From Nemertoderma westbladi (Eukaryota; Animalia; Xenacoelomorpha): a stretch of DNA of 64,000 nucleotides. Below are positions 47,901 through 58,971 of this stretch, piece by piece; the stretch's first letter is position 1; the number at the start of each line of letters is the position of its first letter. The notes beneath the pieces are model-generated. The model worked only from the letters and a program-made list of their open reading frames with translations. It was not told the origin of the DNA and ran no database searches. The DNA lies in contig JAUCBJ010004144.1 of assembly GCA_032718475.1 (NCBI GenBank), forward strand, positions 144,355-208,354, read 5' to 3'. Position numbers and translations under genes: made by a program.

Positions 47901-48991
47901 GGGCTTGAGATTATCCCAAAAGCCTGGATGGTCATCCAGTACTCCACCGGTTTCTGGTTGAGGTCTCCTTCAGGCCACCACAGAAATTGTAGGCTATCTC
48001 GATCCCTATCCAGCGCCTTGACTTGTAAGAACATGCCTTCTATATCTGAGGCGAAAGCGATTGAATATTGTCTTAATCTTAAGAGTATTCCCAACAAGGA
48101 TTGGAGTAAGTTGGGTCCGGGTAACAATTCGGAATTAAGGGATTGGCCCATATAGAGGGCGGAGCCGTCAAACACCACTCGTACCTCATGGGGTTTACTG
48201 GGTTTGGGAACGTAATGGTGAGTTAAATAATACGTTCTCTCAGTTATAGGTGTTTCTTTCGGTACTAGCTCCACATATCCCTTGCTAATAAATTTCTTCA
48301 ACTGCGTTTGATACATTTCTTTAGCTGAAGAATTTGCCGTAAGGCGTCGATGTAGTTGAGCAATTCTTTTCTCCGCCAAGGGTCTGTTGTTTACGAACTT
48401 TGGTTCTCGCTTTCGGAAAGGTAGACCGATCTCATATCTACCTTGATCTTTAAGAAAACGTGTAGTTGTCTCTTGGATCTGCTTGGCTCTTTCTTCCTCT
48501 ACCGATAGGGCCTTATCGTAGGAATTGGGCTCTACAGCCTCTTGAGTAAAGAATCGTACGGCGTGTTCATCCCGAGTCTTGGCATTATAACGTTCAATGA
48601 CGTCATTAAGCTCGTCGTTATAGTCGTCTCGCTCTGATGGAAGAAGGAGCTGACATAAGTTCACTTGGTTTTGCCAAGTCTCGTTTTCCTTAAGGAGAAT
48701 TTCCTTAATGGTATTCTCCTCGTCAAAAAGTTGGTGGACATCGTCATTATCTGAGGAGTATGGTGTTCCCTCAGTTGGATCGTCTAACTCACTGCCCTCG
48801 ACTTCCCATTCTCTTACCTGATATACCTGATCTTTCGGCAATCTTTCCATGAGAGTTCTACGGGAAGGGCCAGTAAAGTACCAACCCACTCTAGTTCTTC
48901 CCGCATAAGCTTGTAGTGGTTGCGGTTGAGCGGGCCGTTTCTCCAATGTCTCGAGCGCTTCATGCGCGTTTTGACCAATGAGTATTTGCAC
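44924..48991 (-). CDS. pol: Element B pol (RT, RNase H, integrase), 1355-aa open frame
   Basis: YYLTHH, IYMDDN, LHVFGDAS, YWTDA, NPADIASRG, HSKLYH...CIPC, VDLFGP, SDKGTNF and GGSWERLI. Confidence 0.96.
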   Translation of the reverse strand: MQILIGQNAHEALETLEKRPAQPQPLQAYAGRTRVGWYFTGPSRRTLMERLPKDQVYQVREWEVEGSELDDPTEGTPYSSDNDDVHQLFDEENTIKEILLKENETWQNQVNLCQLLLPSERDDYNDELNDVIERYNAKTRDEHAVRFFTQEAVEPNSYDKALSVEEERAKQIQETTTRFLKDQGRYEIGLPFRKREPKFVNNRPLAEKRIAQLHRRLTANSSAKEMYQTQLKKFISKGYVELVPKETPITERTYYLTHHYVPKPSKPHEVRVVFDGSALYMGQSLNSELLPGPNLLQSLLGILLRLRQYSIAFASDIEGMFLQVKALDRDRDSLQFLWWPEGDLNQKPVEYWMTIQAFGIISSPSNACSVVRTTADDNRDAFSKEVIDNIKRDIYMDDNLKSLPSVEEAIDVAKGTVEFLKRGGFRLTKFTSNSREFLESIPVEDRGAKDLDLIKDDLPETKTLGLKWDTERDILFFQLKQRDNPVRTKRICLSILSTYFDPLGFISPVILIARSLVQQMWLKNHSWDDPLKGELLKKWMKWEDSLPAIENFIISRSYFGHVLPTYSYQLHVFGDASDMGIGIVAYLRVETPDGIKVALVTSKALINNKLKVPRAELKAALYATAIGRNVTEQIDYPLEKTVYWTDALLVLEYITNEVCQFSVFVTNRVAIILSRTTMDQWRHCPGTINPADIASRGATPQELVDTPDWLGGPDFLYKEEEEWPPHLTTAEIRQAKGAEKVKPKTRASKSKLFKPMVDLSVLHTSRDDALDQKPTATNKLVVEIREKDWKSGIPDVSQGLSPLLQRAIHHYSSWNRLCKAVKYLKRCFHHHYSGMKAKGDTAPITSVQVHVIKDLPKYKIPDRFLKEKISYQEHEETNKQMLRLLQCYEDSDKYFLLLRNPQMRLRDRFSSTMIDGLIRVGGRLTNAPLSFDTKFPILIRNLEIQVKMIVDVHSKLYHAGRERVLSEIRTRYYFYKPGRALNQVLRNCIPCRKAFSRPLTQREAELPRERVSFYEPPFTNTSVDLFGPIEVYRARTIVKRWCVIFVCMTCRAIHLDMVNDLSTNSFLLSFRRQIARFGTSNTMRSDKGTNFIGANNEIKAYVKDWNQRQVDDQLRVTASSWTFNAADAPWWGGSWERLIRSVKTAFHFIVPCRAYLTDELLRTLMEEIAVYLNERPLMPVSSNPDSLEALTPAHFLLKKPVAMLPQSEITDGDEYCRQTWQLMQLLSRRFADHFEKHYLPTLQLRTKWFAQQENVSAGDMVLIVDVDLPRKRWQTGRIIETHISDDGLVRSVELVVMRRNFKKPGIVFETQQLNRPVGRLCLLERDRELSGNYGRQDTLPTTTSLIQQTSRDSPT

Positions 48992-51900
48992 TCCAGGGTA
49001 ATCGGTGTTGAATCTAGGTATTTCCAGCTGCTGGGTGAAATCGTCCTCATCCCAGTTATAAGGTTCACTTGGTTGGTAGCGAAGTTCTTTATCGCCACCA
49101 TTTTTACTGACCTTATACTATGTTCTCCTAGTTCATCCTGGGGGGTGGACAATGCACCTACATAATAATCCGCTATTACTGTAGATTTCCAAACCTGTAT
49201 AATTCCTGACATGTTTAGCTTAGTTCGGAACTTGGGTTGCCCAGCAAAGATGTCTTCGGCTAGTTCTTTGTCGATGAATGTTCCTGTACTACCGGAGTCA
49301 AGGAGGGCGTTCACTACATAACTACCTTACCTGTACTACAGGAAATTCTCGGATTCCTACATTGGAAGGTGGCGCTTTCCAAGATGGTTGTCGATCAGAA
49401 GTAGTTAGGGTGAGGTCGCTGTCTGTGTCTTTTTCATATGTAAGTGCTCGATACACTGCGGTATTTATCATGTAACAGGATTCACCTTCGTCGGAGAATT
49501 CATCTGTATAGAATCCTTCCATCTCAGAACTTTGGTCAGTGTCGTTCACATCACTGAATTGGACATGTAGTTCGGAATCACTTACCTGACTCTGGCTGTT
49601 TCGCTCAAATTCAGTGTGCAACAAGATATGATGTTTCGCACCGCACTTTGCACACCTTGTGTCGGAGTAACAGGTTCGCCGTTGGTGTCCTTGTCTGAGG
49701 CAATTATAACACAACCGCTTATCCCACATGACTTCCCGTCTCTCCGCTAATGATTTCTTCAGGAATTCATCACACATATTCAAATGGTGGGTCCCGTCAC
49801 ATAGCGCACATTTCGGTTTGATGTTACTTACCTTATTTTGAATAACATTATGCACACTCGTTCTTTCTTCGGGCTTTCTCACCTGAATTCTCTTAGGAGA
49901 CGTAGGAGGAGTTTTTCTTACCTGTTCTCTCCTGTCATTGGTTCGAGACTTAAATTTACTTACCTGTTCTTTAGGCGTTTTATTGACATAATAAGATCTT
50001 TCAGTGTCTTTCCCGCTATCCTCCCCTTGAGAAGTCTGGCTTTCGCCGTCGTCGGTATAACACACTGGTGTTACCTTTCTCCTAGAAACGGGTTTCTCAC
50101 TTACCTTGTTTTCCGGTGTCTTCTCTCTGGACTGTTTTAGGAGCTGTAATTTCACTTCTCCATCTAAGAATGACATGAGATCAGCCATGGTAGGGTCTCG
50201 TCGTTGTTGTTCCATCATATATAACACTTTCTTATCCCAGCGTGTACCTACTCCACCCTTGCCTTCGGTAAAGTAGAAGCCACGGCTCCAATAACCATAG
50301 AACTCTGATATTCATGAGACTTACCTAACCAATCTAATTGTCTACAGATCTCTTGAATCTCATCGGAAAACTCTATTATCCCGCTGCTAATGAACTTTCG
50401 GGGCGCTACTAATTTTGCATACAAATATCTAGCTATGTTATTCCTATTACCATACCTGATGTTTAGTGTATCCCAAACTTGTCTTAATCCGTCTGGATGT
50501 CCAATAAACTTTAACGCCATTAACTTGGGAGATCCTTCCAAGTACTCGATGAGGAATCTAAGTTTCTCTCCATTAGATAGTACAGAGTTCTGTATGTTAT
50601 CTTTATAATATTCATTAAAAGGTAACCATTTCATCTCATCTCCATTGAACTTGACTATCTCTCCCACCTTTACCACTTGGCGGGCTTCGGTTCTAGCCAT
50701 TTGACGCGTAAAACTTTCTTGGGCCATCGTGTTATTTAATATCGAGTTATCGGTATATAAATTTCTCGGATTATGATCAGGTCTATAGGGAATATCATTA
50801 TCAACAGGTCTATAATTACCCTTAATAGGGTTCACTATAGGAGTTTCTACTTCGCTAGCCGTATATATGCGTGTAGGCTCCACACCTTGCGCATGAGATA
50901 CTTCAGACCTAACAGGTTGACACATTGTTACAGGGGGTGGTGGTATACCTCTTTGTGTATTTACTAATTTATCGCGTTCTAACGCGATACTTTGCTGCAC
51001 TTCTTGCAACTCAAACCTACTTTCCCTTACTGTGCCCTTGAATTGCTGAACAGTCTCCTGCATCTGCCCGAGCAGGAGATCCATCCCCCGTCGTCTCTCA
51101 TCCACCCACTCGACCGCCGAAGCGGGAGCCGCCAACGTTGTAGCGGGCGGACGAGGGACAACGGGCGACAAATCATTAATTTTTCGCTCGGAGTCAGGGA
51201 CATGAACATTTTCAGGGGTGGTTCTGTGGGGCACAGGTAGCTTAGTGCTGTGCAGAGGGAATTTAGAGGTAGGTTCTGGGAGCACAGGTGTCTCTATCAC
51301 CGAAGGGGTGATTTCAAGAACAGGCCTAATTATTTCAGGCTCATCTACTATAGTAGGGAGTCTTTCTATTTTAATTATTTGGTCTGTGGGTTCTGCACTA
51401 CCTAAGCCTGTGTTAGTTAGTTGCCTTCTAACAGCTGGGGGCAAATCAGGCAATTTCTGATGGTGGGACATTCTTCTACGTCTGCTGAGACGAGATCTAT
51501 TTCCTCCACCTTCAGTATCGGTGGTATCGCCTTCCTCAGATGATGTATACCCCTGTCTTTTGGGAGTAGATCGATTCATCATCTGCATATGACTAGCTGT
51601 TAACTGTTTATTTATGCAGTCTTGATTCTCTTGAATATTTTCCAACTCCAGTTGGGTGGTCTCTTCAGATGCTCTTCTTTCTGCTTCTGCCACTGCCTCT
51701 GCCGCCGCCACTACCGCCTTTCTTTCCGCTTCGGCCGCTGCCACTGCCGCCTTTCTTTCCACTTCTACCGACTTTCTTTCCGCTTCTGCCTCTGCCGCTG
51801 CTGCTGCCGCTGCCGCCTTTCTTTCTACTTCTACCGCCTTTCTTTCCGCTTCTACCTCTGCCGCTGCTGCTGCCGCTGCCGCTTTTCTTTTCGCTTCTGC

Positions 51901-53107
51901 CGCTACTACTGCTGCTGCCACTGCCGCTGTCTTTCTGTCTTCTATACGTTTTTTCTTTATTTGTTCTTCTTGGACTTTAGCGATGCGGAGGCGTTCATCA
52001 AATTTAGCTTGGTTCGCAGCTCTCATATCCACATCGATGGCGTCCAACACACGCTGGGCTCCTTCACTATTAGGGCTAAGTCCATCTAGCCTTTTCCTCA
52101 ACTCTTCATCACTTAAAAAACGTTGATAGTCTGACAGATAGATGTCAATGGCATCCCTCTTATGCGGTTTCTCTGCCGTCGCTTCACTTCCCACTTGGGA
52201 AAAAGTAGCGTCTGTTGATTCTCCATGGGTTGAGCGCTCATGTAGCTGGGCTTTCCACTGAGCCGTTCCTTGAACCTGGAGACTCACCTTTTGAAACCAA
52301 GTCTTTACGGCAACTTGCAACGACGTGTCTTGTCTTCTTTTAGAAGCCTCCTCAAAGGCCGATAAGATTAGCCTGATTCGTAGAATTCTTTCTCTAACTT
52401 GATAAAGCAGCTGTCCCTGCTCTTGAGGTCCTTGGGGTTGTTGAAACAGTTGTTCTTCTAATCGCTCCATGGAGCTGAAGAATCCCTGTACGTATCCGGC
52501 TGTGGACCTCTTCCACACAGCTGGATCGATGGTTTCCTTGGTTACTCCCATCCTGTGTATGTCTTCCCAGGCAGCTTCTGATAAATCAAACGGGAGTCTG
52601 GGTCCGGGGAAGTTCCATTGCGACTCGACAATAGACTTCAGTTCTTCCCTTGTGTATCCCGCATAACTATCTTTAGTCGATCGCTTATTTCTCGCCCAAT
52701 CGATCTGGTGTTCTTCCACAGGGAATCAATAACCTAGTGAGTACGGCTGCAGGAAGGATGAGAAGGGGGTCCGAATAAACCGCATCTGTCATCTTTGCGC
52801 CGTGCTCGGGTGTCAGCTCTACAGTATCCTCACTACTGGAGCGGTCGGGGCATTGAGAAATAAGTTCTTGGCTCACGGGTTGTTGCTGTTCTGCTGCTTC
52901 TTGGTCCCGCTTGACCTGAGCTCGAGTGCCTATGATAGACCTACGATGTTGGACTAGCCTAGGGTCTGATATTACTATGGGAGGGATGATCTTTCTTACA
53001 GTAGGAGGTGATTTGAACTTTGGTCCTACACGTTCCACACTCCTGTCTGGGTCACATATGGTGGTATCTATCTGACTGTCTGACAGGTTTTGCTTTGTGT
53101 CAGACAT
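48814..53107 (-). pseudogene. gag: Element B gag-protease, split by frameshifts near 52720, 50250, 49320 and 48990
   Basis: MSDT...CDPDRS start, AAAEAERKA repeats and IVKFNG. Knuckles CALCDGTHHLNMC, CYNCLRQGHQRRTC and CAKCGAKHH; protease ALLDSGS. Confidence 0.92.
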
Positions 53108-53239
53108 GTTGGTTTGTACAGTTGAATGCCTACTGCTATATTACAGTTTAAGCAAGTCTAGTAATTCAGTATCACTGTTAGCCTAGTAATTAATTACCGA
53201 TACTGCTACTCAGTGTAGCGTGATATATATATAATATAT

Positions 53240-53615
53240 TAGAATACCGGTATGCTTATAGTATATATAAGTATTATTACAGACTAGGTTTGTCACAGAA
53301 TACCGGTATATAATTCCAGCACAAATATATATAAATATATAATAGGCCTATTGTGGATACCGGTATGCAGCTTACACTTATAGTATATATAAGTATAATT
53401 ATGAACTAGAATTAATTGCAGAATACCGGTATAATTTCAGCCTAAATTTATAAATATATAATAGGCCTATCGTGAATACCGGTATACAGCTTACACTTAT
53501 AATGTATATATATAAGTATAATTACAGACTAGAATTAATTACAGAATACTGGTATAATTTCAGCCTAAAATTTATAGAAATAAATATAATAAGCCTATGG
53601 TAAATACCGGTATGT
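53240..53615. repeat. ~122-bp AT-rich tandem repeat (about 3 copies) in the leader of element B
   Basis: Recurring cagaataccggtat...cagcctaaa...taggccta...cttatagtatatataagtat units. Confidence 0.8.
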
Positions 53616-54561
53616 CAATTATTTTAAATAATTGAATTTCTGAATTTTTAGGGATTACTTGGTTACTTTGCTTTACTTGATTACCGTTATTTAAGCAGTA
53701 GTCCAACTGATATTTAGACCTAATTGTTGTGTGACAGGCCTACTATTTTATAAATCGGTTTGAGTTGATTTATAATATATATACCCCTATAATGGGTTTT
53801 GTCAATATTTGAAATAAATGTTATTATTTCTGGGGGGAGTCACTACACAGAAGCTGTGCGCTCTCAGTGAAGTGCTACTTGTTGGACACTAAAACAAATA
53901 ATTCTAATTTACCTAAGTTACTTAATACTACAAATTACGTACAATTCGGGGTGAGATTACAATCTCTAAATAAACACAAAAATTACAAGTACGAATTTTT
54001 AGGGTAATTTTACAAGAAGTCTACAAACCAGCCTAACAAAGGGTTAGAATATCTGGTTATTACAACGAACAGGGTACTACGGTATTTGAAAATAATAAGT
54101 AGTAGTAAATATACTGCGTTGTCCAGATAGGAAAATACCACCGTCTGATGACTTATAGCCGTATCGCTATAAGTACTACGTTATGTATCACGGAGTGTTC
54201 CTACCTAGAAGTTAATTACCGCGGTCTACCAGAACCAACGTGCCTATTAACCACTTTACAACACAAATATACTGCCTACACACTAATCACCTTCGGAAAG
54301 CACTGTACACTAAACCCTAGATTAGGTACAAGTACTTATACAACAAATAATCGGTAGTTAAAAATACTTGAACAGCTAAAAGAACCACGGTATCTGCTGG
54401 AGTAACTGGAGCACAAAATCACCAGTCTTTACCTACGCCAAGCAGCCCTGATGTAGTACCGGGGTTAGTTTAACTATAACGGTATATATAACAAGCACAA
54501 TTATTGTAGGAATAAACTTGGGGAATGAATGTTGCGAATAATCGCATAAACTCTGAATAAT

Positions 54562-55133
54562 AAATATTACGCTACGCGTACAGACTACTCAAACAAAATG
54601 CAGACCAAATACTGACAGACTACTATCAAGCCCAAACAAACTACAGTATATGCAGACTCCGAAATGGTTAGTTAGTATGCGTTCTAACCCAGTAGTACGA
54701 CTTATTCTTTCGAGGGGGTTTACCTCACAGCTCTGGAAGCCCCTACGTTCCCAACTGGCACTTTATCGGACATACACTCTACACACACTGAAATCTCTCA
54801 AGACCTAACAACAGCCAGACAAAATCCAGCCTACAAATTATCTAAATAAGAAATATTACGCTACCTGTACAAACTACACAAACAAAGTACAGACCAAACG
54901 CTGGCAGACTACTATCAAGCCTAAATAAACTACAGTATATGCAGACTCCGAAATGGTTAGTTAGTATGCGTTCTAACCGAGTAGTACGACTTATTCTTTC
55001 GAGGGGGTTCACCTCACAGCACTGGCAGCCCCTACTTTCCTAACTAGTACTTTTTCGGACATATGCTCTACACACACTACAGTCCCTTCAGACCTAACAA
55101 CAGTCAGACAACAGTCCAGCCTACAAATTATCT
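54562..55133. repeat. ~289-bp tandem duplication in the leader of element B
   Basis: aaatattacgctac...cagcctacaaattatct at 54562-54843 and 54851-55133. Confidence 0.9.
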
Positions 55134-55401
55134 GTACAATCTGAGCAGGCTTACACGCCTTCTGCTCAATATTAGCCTACAAATAAATAAAACTTGACAG
55201 AAATAAGTAAAATCTCAATAAAAAACCAGGGCGGCCGTCCCTGATTAATTATTAAGGCCTACCGGTATATAATTATCAAAATCGAATAATACTGCTGTAC
55301 CTGTACTGCTGTAGGTACCGGTCCGGGTGGTTAGGTAGTCAGGCCTACTAGGTACCGGTTGGCCGGTACTTCAGCTTTATTGCCTACTGCAATACAGAAG
55401 C

Positions 55402-55413
55402 TATATCTGTTAT
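55402..55413 (-). promoter_or_regulatory. Non-tRNA primer-binding site of element B (sense ATAACAGATATA), complementary to LTR segment 41234-41245
   Basis: No TGG follows the 5' LTR. Plus-strand ATAACAGATATA at 41234-41245 reads TATATCTGTTAT on the sense strand. Confidence 0.65.
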
Positions 55414-56461
55414 TGTTCGCGCTTTCAGACCTTTAGCAGTTTAACCTGCCAAATTGGGGTGTCTTCTAGATAATAGATCGTCTTTAGCCTATAACAAGTA
55501 TTTGATACACTACATTAGCCGAAGCCAGTCTATGCGCGATCATTCACCCGCTGGATATACCCGGGAGACTGGATTCGGAAGCCTAACCGTATTGCGGGGT
55601 AGGCCTACTGTATTATTCGACTGATCGTAATATATATAATCTCTGACAAATATTATTCACTTTCGGGAAATATTAACAGTTCCTTTAGGACGTGGCGCTT
55701 TAAATATATAAACAGAGTTATGATTTAAACTAGACACAACGGGATGGCTATAGATTCACGTATATGGCGCATTCTTTAGGAGATGCTTTGTTATCAATCA
55801 CAATCATACACAATACTGCACAATGCTGCACACTAATCTGCCGACCTTCACTAATTTTAGTCACATATAAGGAGAACAACAGACAATACGTGTAGGGCCT
55901 ATAAAATAGCATTAGATTCACTTCAAACCACTTAATGTAAGTTGCAATCGTTATATGTATCCGGTCTCTCTAACCTTTAGTATATCAAGAAGATTGGGGT
56001 GTCTGATTATTTATCAGTATTCCAAATATAATATTCCATCAACAAATATAATGAATAACCGACAGTAAATAGCAGTAAAATGTTAAGTTAAGTTCTTAGG
56101 CTGTGGACAAATCACATACTCACTCAACTCCACGAATTTCTATATACCATCTCCAACACAGAGGCAAAAAACGCTCTGATTGGTCGACCAAACAAAGAAG
56201 GAACAGAGAACAAAGAACAAGCTCCATGTGTACAGCTCAGCTGTTAGCCGTCGTCATGGTAGCTACACTGTTTCAAGAGGATCCGGCGTATTGCGACATA
56301 AAATTGTTAATTATGTCTGCTAAAGTACACATACAGCAGAAATGGCTTTTATGTCCTCTAAAACAACAGTACAGTAAGGACACGGCCCTTTATGCCTGTT
56401 AAACCAACTACAGAGTACTTTACGGGGAAAATAACCGGCTAATTACGCAAAAGCCTTTGCA
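55414..56461 (-). repeat. 5' LTR of element B (1048 bp, carrying a 104-bp deletion)
   Basis: Direct repeat of 40528-41679 lacking 41209-41312; about 13 substitutions counted by eye, many of them CpG transitions. Confidence 0.95.
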
Positions 56462-56466
56462 CAGTT

Positions 56467-57269
56467 CCTGGCACAAGCTTTGCCGTGCCATCACAATTTT
56501 AAAACGATAGTAGATTATCGTTGTAATAGAGTGAAATTCACACAAGGCAAGTTGCTGGAGCATGAGGTAGACTACACAAATAGACAATTACTCCGAGTAT
56601 CTCAAGTCCAGGAAGGGGCATCAACATATGACTACCACCTGAAACATTCCGCCATATCCCTTTTCATCATATACTGCCTTGCAAAGCATACCTCACTGAT
56701 GAAATTATCCGTACCATCTTAGAGGAAGTGACCGCCTATCTAAACAGTCGGCCCCTAATGCCCGTTTCGACCAACCCCAAAGCACTAGAGGCCCTCACAC
56801 CAGCCCACTTTCTAATGAAAAAGAAAGTAGTGATGTTGCCAGTCTCAACACCAGAAGACGGTAACGAGCTATTGCGACAAACCTGGAAGATGACACAATT
56901 ACTGTCATCCCGATTCGCTAAACCACTTTGAGCGCTTTTACCTCCCAGTATACAACTTAGAAACAAGTGGTTTTTGGTAAAAGACAATGCCAGAGAGGGC
57001 AGGGCGACATGGTCGTAGTAGTAAACTCCGATCTTCCCCGCAAATATTGACAGACAGCGCGCATCGTAGAGACATACGTTAGCGCGGATGGCCTAGTAAG
57101 ATCAGTGGATTTAGTGGTGCTCAGGGAAAGGGGCAAGCTAAATCTTGTTCCACAGAGGCTCAACCGTCCCATAGCACACCTCTACCTACTAGAAATGGCA
57201 CGCGAGGAATCTGGCAACTATGGAAAGCAGGAAGTTAAGCCAACGGACTTAACTTACTTCCTGCTATAA
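56467..57269 (+). pseudogene. pol: Element C integrase remnant with a large internal deletion near 56650
   Basis: SWHKLCRAITILKR, then a jump to EEVTAYLNSRPL...ALTPAHFL...DGLVRSV...LLEMAREESGNYG. The HHCC finger and the first two catalytic Asp regions are missing. Confidence 0.9.
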
Positions 57270-58971
57270 TTGGTTAACTCCTAGGTAATGCTTGAGTGCG
57301 CCGCATATCACACTCGAGCGTGGGAACGGGTTAGGTGAAGTTAACCACCGACTCCATCTCTTCACCACTGACCCATATACTCAGCTTGACAGGCTAACAA
57401 AAATTATCCTTATAACGCTTTGTCCCCAAAAAACAATAGGACTATGGGATGTTTCATGATAAATCGTTTTATACACGGTGCATGAAACTTGATCTTAGTT
57501 CAAGAACAACTATAAGCAAAATGACATAAACAATAGGACTGTGGGATATTTCATGATAAACTGTTCTATACACAGTGCATGAAACTTGATCTCAGTTCTA
57601 GAACACGCTAAAATATATAAATGGGAGGTTCATGATAAGCCGTTATACACACGACGCATGAAACTTAAACCCAACATTAATAACATGTTGTGATAAGTCA
57701 TTATTAAACATGACGCGAAGCCAACCAAAACCCTTTAACTGTATGATGACGGTGATAATACAATTGAATGCGGAATCCATATCCTTTATTTCGGTTAAAC
57801 CAAACTCTGGGTAAATTCTGGAGATGGCCTGCCACTTCATGTGAAACCCGAGTACAAAGGGAGTAACAAATAAAATTATAATAAGTCGTAATAGTCATGA
57901 TAAGTCATTATTAAACATGGCGCATGACAATAACAAACCTTGGTCTTACTGTACTATGACGGCCCAATCATACTTGAAAGCCGAGTCTTAATTATTTCTC
58001 CCGCTTCTTGTCAATTTCCAGAGTACAGTAAGAGATGTCAATTAGTTGGGTTGAAATTTCAAGAACCAACATAGCTCGATATTGATTAATACAATATCAC
58101 ATCACATATGAATCCATTCAAGTCACTGTAATAATGAGCATTACGGGAACGGTTGCGGTCCATTTTGTGGCTCTCTCCCAACCAGATCGCGTAAATCTTT
58201 ATTATGTTATTTATTAATAGCTTAATATCATCAACCCTCAATTATGACATTAATATCCCGATAGTACAAACACCGATACTATACAGACTAACAACGTAAT
58301 AATATCACAGTAAACCCAGATCTGTATGAATGAGCAATACCCTATCCTACCGCTATATTTACCGAATGTTGATCTTTGATTAAGTAATAATTAATTTAGA
58401 ACATTGGGACGCTGGTGTGTCACTCGCGCAACCCATTTTTTATTAAAGTTCTAAAGTTTATCGTATTTGCTAAATTTAATATTTTTAAATATATTTAGTG
58501 GGTATCCATGGAAACTAATATCAACATTCGGGAAATAGTAGATTTGTGATAAACATTTCATACCGGTCAACTGGTACGTGTTGTGATATTGTGTGCGTTA
58601 GTTTGCATGACAGTATGAATAGCAACTACTCTATGTGTGTTTACTGTAGCGAACCAAAGCCTTATTGCTGACTAACTGCAATTACATTGCTATATTAGTT
58701 ACCCCGACAAATAGCCCTTGGATAAGACCGGCCTCGAGCTTTTCCTGCGCATTAGCCGTTGCGTCATCCACCCGTTCATCCATGCCTGTTGGATAGGGAA
58801 TTGGCGTAGCGGCGCTAATGTGGCCAGGGGCGGCTCGGGTCCGTGTTGGGCTGGGGGAAAGAGGGCGGCTTGCCATTGCCGACCTGCGCGAACTTTGATA
58901 ACTATAACAATAATTAACTTTGGTTTGCCTTTGTTTGATGGATAACATATTTGTTTCTTACAATAATAACA

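Larger units (their letters stand above)
40528..56461 (-). mobile_element. Full-length BEL/Pao LTR retrotransposon (element B, 15.9 kb) nested in the pol of element C
   Basis: LTRs at 40528-41679 and 55414-56461; TSD CAGTT at 40523-40527 and 56462-56466; PPT GGGAGCGG; gag-pol on the minus strand. Confidence 0.96.

Noticed and set aside
48814-53107. Programmed ribosomal frameshifts in B gag
   Set aside because: There are four breaks without canonical slippery heptamers, and A encodes the same region in one frame, so decay or sequence error is more likely.
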